Positions 33,341 through 43,111 of a DNA stretch of 43,111 bases are shown piece by piece. The notes under the pieces are model-generated. The model made no database searches. It had not been told where the DNA came from and saw only the letters and a program-made list of their open reading frames with translations. The stretch lies in contig NC_069006.1 of NCBI RefSeq assembly GCF_001194135.2, forward strand, positions 20,806,669 to 20,849,779. Direction: 5' to 3'. Positions within the stretch are counted from its first letter, which is position 1; every line of letters starts with the position of its first letter. The position numbers and the translations under genes are program-made. The stretch is from Octopus bimaculoides (taxonomy: Eukaryota).

Positions 33341-34244
33341 AACGAACATCGTACATACGTATATATCATATATTATGCTTTTTACTATTTAACATTTTTT
33401 TGCTTTTAAATTTCAAACACGCTTAGAGGGAGTTCTTTTTAACTAATTGCATGAATGATCGCAAAGAATTAAAGCATTTCAACTATAGCTTTCGTAGTCT
33501 GCATGAAGAACAGCCTGGGGTAGTTTCCGTCGGGCTGTGTGTTATGAAACCTAGCTGTCTGAAAGCAGGACGTAATGAGATCAAATGAACAGCGACGGGA
33601 GTAAGCTTTCGCAGCTTACAAAACAAAATGTATCTTGCACTTCTACGCCTAAGTATAGAAAAGTAAAACATGTAGATGAGTGTGCTTGTGTGTGTGTGTG
33701 TGTGTGTGTGTGNNNNNNNNNNNNNNNNNNNNNNNNNNNNNNNNNNNNNNNNNNNNNNNNNNNNNNNNNNNNNNNNNNNNNNNNNNNNNNNNNNNNNNNN
33801 NNNNNNNNNNNNACTAGAACTTTGTCATGGTTAGAGAACAAATTGCTCCCATAAAAGAAAGGTATCAAATCTCCCCCGCCCCCACTCCACCCTTTCTCTG
33901 CGAACTAGTCAAACAAGCAACCAAGCAACCAAGCAATCGAGCAACCGAGCAACCGATTAACCATCCCAAACGTACCTAACAAATACCACGCAAAAACCAC
34001 AGAAGAAAGAAAATGCTAGAATTTGCAAGCGAGACTCCGTAAAGACATCAAAACATCTCACAACTTCGTGTAAACATTCTGAACACTCACAAATATTGTG
34101 TTTGGTCAACAGAAATAAACGGTGTTCGCTTAGACCTCCTTCTCCTCCTCCTCCTGCTTTTCTTTTTCCACCTCATCTTCTTCTTCTTCTTCTTCTTCTT
34201 CTTCTTCTACCTTCTCCTCTTCCCCTTTCTCCCCCTCCTCCACC

Positions 34245-34275
<31 letters not shown>

Positions 34276-35138
34276 TCACCGTTCTTTACTTTCTCCACCC
34301 TCCCCATCGACTTTTACACGTTGTTCTGTATATACAATAACAGAAATGAACCATTGTACACACGCACACACACACACNNNNNNNNNNNNNNNNNNNNNNN
34401 NNNNNNNNNNNNNNNNNNNNNNNNNNNNNNNNNNNNNNNNNNNNNNNNNNNNNNNNNNNNNNNNNNNNNNNNNNNNNNNNNNNNNNNNNNNNNNNNNNNN
34501 NNNNNNNNNNNNNNNNNNNNNNNNNNNNNNNNNNNNNNNNNNNNNNNNNNNNNNNNNNNNNNNNNNNNNNNNNNNNNNNNNNNNNNNNNNNNNNNNNNNN
34601 NNNNNNNNNNNNNNNNNNNNNNNNNNNNNNNNNNNNNNNNNNNNNNNNNNNNNNNNNNNNNNNNNNNNNNNNNNNNNNNNNNNNNNNNNNNNNNNNNNNN
34701 NNNNNNNNNNNNNNNNNNNNNNNNNNNNNNNNNNNNNNNNNNNNNNNNNNNNNNNNNNNNNNNNNNNNNNNNNNNNNNNNNNNNNNNNNNNNNNNNNNNN
34801 NNNNNNNNNNNNNNNNNNNNNNNNNNNNNNNNNNNNNNNNNNNNNNNNNNNNNNNNNNNNNNNNNNNNNNNNNNNNNNNNNNNNNNNNNNNNNNNNNNNN
34901 NNNNNNNNNNNNNNNNNNNNNNNNNNNNNNNNNNNNNNNNNNNNNNNNNNNNNNNNNNNNNNNNNNNNNNNNNNNNNNNNNNNNNNNNNNNNNNNNNNNN
35001 NNNNNNTGCCTGGGAACTAAAAACAGCATACATTATGTTCTCGTATTATAGCAGTTCGGTAAAGGAGAACGATAAAATAATTACCAGACTTCAAAAACAA
35101 AATGTTCTGCTGTTGATTCGTTGGAATAAAATTCTTCG

Positions 35139-35203
35139 AGGCGGTGCCCCAGTATGACCGCAATCTGATGACTGAAACAAGGAAAAGAATAAAAGAATAA
35201 AAG
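35139..35203 (+). mobile_element. Extreme 3' tail of SINE family C, or of its partner LINE
   Basis: AGGCGGTGCCCCAGTATGACCGCAATCTGATGACTGAAACAAGGAAAAGAATAAAAGAATAAAAG. Confidence 0.75.
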
Positions 35204-35586
35204 ATTAAAGGAATACAATTCCTCACATTGTATTGTTGCTTCTTTCATGTTCGCGAACACATGCACACAGCGCAAGCGCGCACTTACGCACACATGCATA
35301 AACACACATACGCCCGCACACAATTACACACATGTACACAATTGCGTACACACGTACACACATGTACACAGATGTATGCACCCATATGCACACGCACACG
35401 CGTGCATACGTACGCAAGCAGGCACGCACATACGCACATGTGCGTGCATGCAAAGCATACGCGTATTCTATCATTCGTTACGTTCACCCTCTCTGCTACA
35501 CACATTGTACATTTACTCATATACACACGCACATAAATACACACACACATACACGCACAGGTGTACATACGCATGTAGAGTACCCC

Positions 35587-35641
<55 letters not shown>

Positions 35642-37272
35642 AAATATATATATAAATGTGTATGTGTATATATATGTATACGCACACGTCCTTTTTGCAA
35701 GTAAGACTATATATATATATTTATATACATACACGCACACACATGTATACATGCGTATGTATAGATTCACTCACACGTATGCACCTCTCTCAAGCGTGGA
35801 CACGTCTACCTAAGCACACTCGTATATACTTATACGTACACAGTTATTTCGTTCTTCTCCTCCACCGATACACGCATGAAAACACACGCATGCACATACT
35901 CTCTGTCTGTCTGTCTGTCTCTGTCACTGTCTCTCTCTGTCTCTCTGTCTCTCTCTCTCTCTCTCTCATTCTCATACTCTTTCTCCTTCTGTTCTCCCTC
36001 TCCTGCACATATTGCATATTCGATCCACCCCCACCACCACTCCCACCTCCCTTCGCATCTCTCACATCCATGCACGCGTGATTCAGGTTCGCATCGATGG
36101 CCTTTCAAAACACAAATGGTCCGTGACCATTACATTTTCAAGGGAAAGCGGCGTGCCTTACAAGAGCCCACCACCACCACCACTATCACCACTACCGCCA
36201 CCACCTTTCCATCTTGTTTCCTCGTCCATCCACCCACTTACACTCATATTCATCCTTGACTTTCCCACCTAATCCTACATCTTCTCCCTCCTCCTATCCT
36301 TCTTTCTTTTCTCGGAACTATTTTTCTTCTCCATCTCTTTACCTTTCCGCGATTCTCTTTCTCCTACCTTCGCTCTAACATACCTCCTACTCTCACTGCA
36401 GTCGAGGGAATGTCGCTCCTCCGCCATTTTACTTCTTTAACTTATTTTCATTAGNNNNNNNNNNNNNNNNNNNNNNNNNNNNNNNNNNNNNNNNNNNNNN
36501 NNNNNNNNNNNNNNNNNNNNNNNNNNNNNNNNNNNNNNNNNNNNNNNNNNNNNNNNNNNNNNNNNNNNNNNNNNNNNNNNNNNNNNNNNNNNNNNNNNNN
36601 NNNNNNNNNNNNNNNNNNNNNNNNNNNNNNNNNNNNNNNNNNNNNNNNNNNNNNNNNNNNNNNNNNNNNNNNNNNNNNNNNNNNNNNNNNNNNNNNNNNN
36701 NNNNNNNNNNNNNNNNNNNNNNNNNNNNNNNNNNNNNNNNNNNNNNNNNNNNNNNNNNNNNNNNNNNNNNNNNNNNNNNNNNNNNNNNNNNNNNNNNNNN
36801 NNNNNNNNNNNNNNNNNNNNNNNNNNNNNNNNNNNNNNNNNNNNNNNNNNNNNNNNNNNNNNNNNNNNNNNNNNNNNNNNNNNNNNNNNNNNNNNNNNNN
36901 NNNNNNNNNNNNNNNNNNNNNNNNNNNNNNNNNNNNNNNNNNNNNNNNNNNNNNNNNNNNNNNNNNNNNNNNNNNNNNNNNNNNNNNNNNNNNNNNNNNN
37001 NNNNNNNNNNNNNNNNNNNNNNNNNNNNNNNNNNNNNNNNNNNNNNNNNNNNNNNNNNNNNNNNNNNNNNNNNNNNNNNNNNNNNNNNNNNNNNNNNNNN
37101 NNNNNNNNNNNNNNNNNNNNNNNNNNNNNNNNNNNNNNNNNNNNNNNNNNNNNNNNNNNNNNNNNNNTATTGTGCAATTCCAGCACTTCTTACTTCTTTG
37201 GAGTAGTGTGCACATATATTTTGAAACATATGTAGGAATTAAAGGAACCTTTGTTTATATGCGTTTTGCTCC

Positions 37273-37317
<45 letters not shown>

Positions 37318-37785
37318 ATATATATATATATATATATTATATACACATGTATGATGCATGGTTAAATGTATAAAAACAATCCGCCAGGGAGGTTAATTCA
37401 CAGACGTCTAGAATGTAACGGATACACCATTGCAGAGTGTTTACATACGTGGCCACTGGTGTCGCTACTTGTGCTTCCTTGTGGTGGAAATGCGATATTC
37501 TAATTAGTACAATTAGTAGAATTTGGTAACCATGCTGGCAGACTAAATTAAATGATTGTAGTTAATTAACGTCACGTTATGCTTCGTTTCTGATACATAT
37601 ATATATAAACATAAAGATATACATACATTCATACATACACACGCACTACATATATCGATACACACATATAGGTGCACGCATATATGCTTGAATATATTTC
37701 CATAAGGGGTAGTTTATCCTGCGATTGAGAATTTAAAATCACTTCTTTATTATTACTATTATTATTATTATTATTATTATTATCA

Positions 37786-37837
<52 letters not shown>

Positions 37838-37855
37838 TACTACTACTACTACTAC

Positions 37856-38093
37856 GGCGATGAGCTGGCAGATTTGTTAGCACGGCAGGCAAAATGTTCA
37901 GCGGAATTTCGTCCATCTTTACGTTCCGAGTTCAAATACCACCGAGGTGGACTTTGCCTTTCATCCTTTCGGATTCGATAAAATAAGTACCAGTTGAACA
38001 CTGGGGGATCGATGTAATCGACTTATAACCTCACCCAAAATTCCAGGCCTTGTGCCTTTAATAAAAAGGATTATTATTACTATTATTATTATT
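37856..38093 (+). mobile_element. SINE family A (type-1 tail), full length, embedded in (ATT)n/(ACT)n
   Basis: GGCGATGAGCTGGCAGATTTGTTAGC head, GAGTTCAAATACC B box, intact central domain, and AAGGATTATTATT tail. Confidence 0.9.
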
Positions 38094-38944
38094 GTTGTTG
38101 TTGTTGCTAGGGTACTCAATTAGCTGAATTACATGTTTACGTATACATATGCATAAGCATGCACACACAGACACACACACACACACACACACTCGACAGG
38201 CTTCCTCACATTTTCCGTCTTCCCAATTCATTTGGAAGTCTGTTTATTTTACATCGCCCTATCTTTCAAGCCAAGCTGTTTCATACATCTTAGCCTTTTC
38301 CTTGATTAGTTTATCCTGCAACATAGAGAAACCTTAATTATTTTCTTTTGTATACAGTTATAATTCAACTAAATTAATTAAACTCTCAATAAATATCCTT
38401 TCTACTTCTTCTTTCCCGCTTCTTTATCTTCATCCACAACCATCTGCTCAATTTTCTGAATCAATAACGTTACGAACATAAGCTCCATCGTTATCTACAT
38501 ACGTTCTTCATCCCCTTAGCATTATAACTTCATCTGCCTTAGATGCAAAATCCTTTGGTTACCAGGAATTAGATTAAGAGATAATCCGTTTTTCCTTTGA
38601 ACCCCTAAATTTCAGTGGAGTTATTTGTAGGGTCTGCACCAGCTGCACAGGGAAACGCGAAATCTCGCCTCAAATCCTTGCCATGCCGTTTTCACTGTGG
38701 ATGCCTCTGCAGTCATCCAGCAACGAATGTGTCTTTCTCTGTCTGTCTGTCCGTCTGTCTATCCGTTACGCTTTCCCCACCTCTCTCTCTCTGTCACTCT
38801 TTCGCACACACACACTGAAAGAAAAAGTCCGAGTCGGTAGGGCATCGGTCTTTAATGGGTTGCTCTCGGAAGTGTTCTGAATGTCGTGGATAAGAATCTC
38901 CTACTTCAGTGGGGCATTGTCTCGTTTCCTAGAGAGTAGGCATT

Positions 38945-39078
38945 GTTGTGTAGTTACGAGGCTCGCTTTGTAATGTAATTATGTGGTTTCGGGTTCAGAC
39001 CCACTACGTGGATCCTTTCTAGGGAGGGGCAAGCGACCTCTATTGTAACACGGGGCTTCCATTGTGAGTGAATTTGGT
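38945..39078 (+). mobile_element. SINE family C 5' half, strongly diverged
   Basis: ATGTGGTTTCGGGTTCAGACCCACTACGTGG...CCATTGTGAGTGAATTTGGTA. Confidence 0.55.
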
Positions 39079-39097
39079 ATATATGTTTATGTATGTT

Positions 39098-39221
<124 letters not shown>

Positions 39222-39320
39222 CATATATATATACACACATACATATATACACACACACATATATATACACATACATATATACACATACATATATATATAC
39301 ACATACATATATATACATAT

Positions 39321-39389
39321 GTACTGGGGTCGATCTAATCGACTGGCCCCTTCCCCAAAAATTTCGGACCTTGTGCCTAGAGTAGAAAC
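39321..39389 (+). mobile_element. SINE family A 3' fragment
   Basis: TACTGGGGTCGATCTAATCGACTGGCCCCTTCCCCAAAAATTTCGGACCTTGTGCCTAGAGTAGAAA. Confidence 0.8.
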
Positions 39390-39393
39390 GTGT

Positions 39394-39459
<66 letters not shown>

Positions 39460-39811
39460 GTATATATATATATATACACGCACAGACATGCATACACACA
39501 CATATATATATATATATATATACTTCCACAGAAATATATGTATGCATATACATACATATATGCGCGCGCACACACACACACGTACACACACACTCACACA
39601 CACTCACGCACACACACACCCAATCGCATAACTTGCACCGAATAAACCTCACCCATCAACCACTTCCTGTTTGGTCCCGCTTATTTCAAGGAGTGAACTA
39701 CTTCCCTAAACACACCAACTGCCATCTTTATACCCATCAAATCTACAAACGCCGTCTATTTGACCCCCAACACAAATCTATCGGTGAGTCTGTCAGCCTG
39801 TGTCTCTGTCA

Positions 39812-39886
<75 letters not shown>

Positions 39887-40147
39887 CTTATCCACATATA
39901 CTGTATTTGTCTCCTGTCTCTACATCTTTTCTTGTCTTTCTCTTTCCCTCCGTTCGTACTCCACTCCAAGATGATAAATCGTATGCATAAATACATATAC
40001 ACGTACATGTACGTGTACGTGTGTCTCTGTAGGTTTATACGCACACACACACACACACACACACACACTTATACACTCTCACACCAGCATAAACATATCT
40101 TTGTACTTACACGTGTATCTGTGTATCTGTGTGTGTGTTTGTGTGAA

Positions 40148-40371
40148 AGGCGGCGAGCGAGCTGGCAGAATTGTTAGCATGCCGGACAGAACGCTTAGCG
40201 GTATTTCGTCCGTCTTCACGTTCTTAGCTCGAATTACATCGCGGTCCACGAAACAAGTACCAGCTAAGCAATAGGGGTCGACGTAATGGAGTATATCACC
40301 CTACCACAGAATTTCAGGCCTTGTGCCTATATTAGAAAGCATTATCATCATTAGGGCGTTGAGCTGGCAGA
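40148..40371 (+). mobile_element. SINE family A (internally deleted), followed by the first ~19 nt of another head
   Basis: Head GAGCTGGCAGAATTGTTAGC, tail AGAAAGCATTATCATCATT, then AGGGCGTTGAGCTGGCAGA. Confidence 0.8.
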
Positions 40372-40377
40372 GTGCGC

Positions 40378-40408
<31 letters not shown>

Positions 40409-40419
40409 CACGCGCGCTT

Positions 40420-40503
40420 ATTGCACAAGGAATCTTTTAGGGTCTGAAATTTTGGGTCACCGATCAAGCCGGACGAAATGCAGCTAAGAATTTTGTCCGG
40501 CAC
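40420..40503 (-). mobile_element. SINE family A remnant (tail fused to head)
   Basis: GGTCTGAAATTTTGGG and CCGGACGAAATGCAGCTAAGAATTTTGTCCGGCA. Confidence 0.45.
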
Positions 40504-41282
40504 ACATATACATATATACACAAGCTCACATATATGTACAGACACGTGTCTGCGTTTGTCAGTCTTTCGTTTGTTGTATTTATTAGTTGCATGCAGTTAA
40601 TTCCTGNNNNNNNNNNNNNNNNNNNNNNNNNNNNNNNNNNNNNNNNNNNNNNNNNNNNNNNNNNNNNNNNNNNNNNNNNNNNNNNNNNNNNNNNNNNNNN
40701 NNNNNNNNNNNNNNNNNNNNNNNNNNNNNNNNNNNNNNNNNNNNNNNNNNNNNNNNNNNNNNNNNNNNNNNNNNNNNNNNNNNNNNNNNNNNNNNNNNNN
40801 NNNNNNNNNNNNNNNNNNNNNNNNNNNNNNNNNNNNNNNNNNNNNNNNNNNNNNNNNNNNNNNNNNNNNNNNNNNNNNNNNNNNNNNNNNNNNNNNNNNN
40901 NNNNNNNNNNNNNNNNNNNNNNNNNNNNNNNNNNNNNNNNNNNNNNNNNNNNNNNNNNNNNNNNNNNNNNNNNNNNNNNNNNNNNNNNNNNNNNNNNNNN
41001 NNNNNNTATATATATATATATATATATATGTATGTACATATATGAAAAAGAAAATGATTAAAATATGTAACAATTAAGACACATGCACAGAAACACGCTC
41101 ATGCACATGTTCATATACACATATAAGTATATATACATATATACATATATATACATATACATATATATGCATATATATATGTATATATATGTGTATATAT
41201 ATATATATATATATACATATGTATATGCATATATGCATACACACATATATATAGACATGGATGTATATGTGTAGGTATAAAT

Positions 41283-41316
<34 letters not shown>

Positions 41317-41780
41317 CTTTATACACACATGCATATATATATATATGTATATATATATATGTGTATATATATATATGTATATATATATATGCATCCCCCA
41401 TGCATACGTATATTTATACAGATATATATGCACACATACAGAAACTTATATCATACACACACAAAAAAAAATTCCAGCCAAAAAAAAAAAAATTAACAGA
41501 AACAGCAACAGCAACAACAACAACAACAACAACAACAGCAACAACAACAAAATCTAGTACATTCGCACACACGCGCACATTCACACACATACAGATAGAC
41601 ACTCACGCACACACACACATACACATACACGCACTCACGCATACTGGAGCAGAGCACACACGTGCTAATCACAAGAAGTAGTAATTATATTAAAACCTAA
41701 TTAAAACTGGCAAATAAAGCAGGCAGACAAGTTTACTATTGGAGAGTGGCTAATATAAATTTACAGTAATTATCATTATT

Positions 41781-41940
41781 TAAGCTGGCAGAATCGTTAG
41801 AGCGTCGACAAGGGCTTTCTTTTTTTTCTTTGGTTCTTTATGTTGCGAGATCAAATCTCGCCGCGGTCGACTTTGCATTTTACAATTTCGTGGTCGATAA
41901 ACCAAGTACAATACAAGCACTGGAGTTGATGTAATTGACC
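41781..41940 (+). mobile_element. SINE family A, 3'-truncated
   Basis: AGCTGGCAGAATCGTTAG...GGTCGACTTTGC...GGTCGATAAACCAAGTAC...CACTGGAGTTGATGTAATTGAC, preceded by ATTATCATTATT. Confidence 0.75.
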
Positions 41941-41984
41941 AGGTAGATACTCATGTAAATATCCATACGTTTATACATACATAT

Positions 41985-42376
41985 GTGGAGGCGCAATAGT
42001 CCATTGGTTAGGGCAGTGAATTCGCGGTCATAGGATCGCGGTTTCGATTCCCAGACCGGGCGTTGTGAGTGTTTATTGAGCGAAAAACACCTAAAGCTCC
42101 ACGAGGCTCCGGCAGGGGATGGTGGCGAACCCTGCTGTACTCTTTCACCACAACTTTCTCTCGCTCTTACTTTCTGTTTCTGTTGTGCCTGTATTTCAAA
42201 GGGCCAGCCTTGTCACACTCTGTGTCACGCCGAATATCCCCGAGAACTACGTTAAGGGTACACGTGTCTGTGGAGTGGTCAGCCACTTGCACGTTAATTT
42301 CGCGAGCAGGCTGTTCCGTTGATCGGATCAACTGGAACCCTCGACGTCGTAAGCGACGGAAATGCCAACAACAACA
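41985..42376 (+). mobile_element. Full-length tRNA-derived SINE (family D) with (CAA)n tail and 12-bp TSD
   Basis: A box TAGTCCATTGG, B box GGTTTCGATTCCC (42040-42052), tail GCCAACAACAACA. TSD ATACATACATAT at 41973-41984 and 42377-42388. Confidence 0.9.
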
Positions 42377-42908
42377 ATACATACATATAGATAAATGGAT
42401 TGTATAGATACATTCTTATAGATATCTTGGGCCTTTGCATAAATAATGCAGTTTTTTTTTCAATTACATGAACTAAAAGTCGGAGGGGGTGGGGGCACGG
42501 AATAATCTTACCTGGATCATTATTACCAATGCTGCGGCATCTCTCTTCTTTCACATAGAAAGTGTGTGTGTTAGTGTGTATGCATGTATGCATGCATGCA
42601 TGTATGTATGTATGTATGTATGAATAAATAAAAGAATTAAGAAGAAAATCAATTAATCAAATTATATTAATCATCTTTTTCTTTTGGCGTTTTAATTAGG
42701 TCAAAGTTTGTTTACACCTTATGTCGGTGCTTATGTTTGAGTGTTTTGTTTTTCTTCTTGTTTTTTTTTTATTGTTTGTGTCATTTCCGCTACGTCACAT
42801 CCGTTCTATCATTCCGTGCTTTGCAGATCATCCTTACCATCCTTGATAGAACAGATTATTGTCAAAGTCACGCTTGATTGACTGACTCTTCTCAATCCTG
42901 CTGATAAC

Positions 42909-42964
<56 letters not shown>

Positions 42965-42972
<8 letters not shown>

Positions 42973-43111
42973 AAATAGAAAATGAGTATATGCATATATA
43001 CGTACAGGTATGTGCATACCGACATCCACCTGTATGTATAGGTGCATATCTGGGTACAGGACATTGCAAACAAAACGTAGACGAGAAAACACACAAGCCA
43101 CATAGAGAACA
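42965..43111. mobile_element. Dispersed repeat, copy 2 (runs off the window end); possibly Penelope-like
   Basis: Colinear with 17238-17410, with an indel in the middle. Confidence 0.6.

Noticed and set aside
33541-33620. SECIS-like ATGA...AAA...GA and GTAAGCT/AGCTTAC hairpin
   Set aside because: The helix next to the ATGA/GA quartet does not pair, there is no linked CDS, and 7-bp hairpins are expected by chance.
35165-35178. CTGATGACTGAAAC, juxtaposed hammerhead words
   Set aside because: It is a variant of the family C tail CAAATGACTGAAAC, with no room for stem II.
37450-37467. TGGCCACTGGTGTCGCTA, CTCF-like ends
   Set aside because: It is one base short in the core (missing the A of CTAG/CCAG), which breaks zinc-finger register.
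39620-39789. Plus-strand TCG|GTGAGT donor and ACTTCCTG ETS-like motif
   Set aside because: Isolated signals with no acceptor or ORF support; expected by chance in 43 kb.
41985-42060. tRNA genes at SINE heads (also 32717-32780 and family A/C heads)
   Set aside because: A and B boxes are present, but there is no closed acceptor stem and each continues into a SINE body and tail.

Overview
This is eukaryotic, AT-rich, almost entirely non-coding DNA with about 4.9 kb of N in 15 assembly gaps. It is saturated with microsatellites (AT, AC, AG, ATT, ACT, GATA, TTCT). The tRNA-derived SINE families and the repeat density suggest an octopus/coleoid cephalopod draft assembly (inference from memory, not a search). 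None of the long ORFs in the track is a credible protein; they are read-through of simple repeats or gaps. The interpretable content is mobile DNA. Family A is a tRNA-headed SINE (~25 copies or fragments, two tail types, two same-strand clusters at 3.9-5.0 kb and 17.8-19.0 kb). Family C is a bipartite SINE (~11 copies or fragments, CORE-like head). There are also two tRNA-Arg-like SINEs, four hAT-type MITEs or remnants, a Tigger/pogo-type MITE, a 160-nt foldback and a two-copy Penelope-like repeat. Weak signs of a minus-strand gene exist: a Kozak ATG plus GTAAGA donor at 23136-23171, a complex island at a strand-skew switch near 24.9 kb, and two CTCF-like motifs. No prokaryotic system, CRISPR array, rRNA or bona fide tRNA gene is seen. 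Family names are working labels, and similarity to named families is from memory and needs a Dfam/Repbase check.
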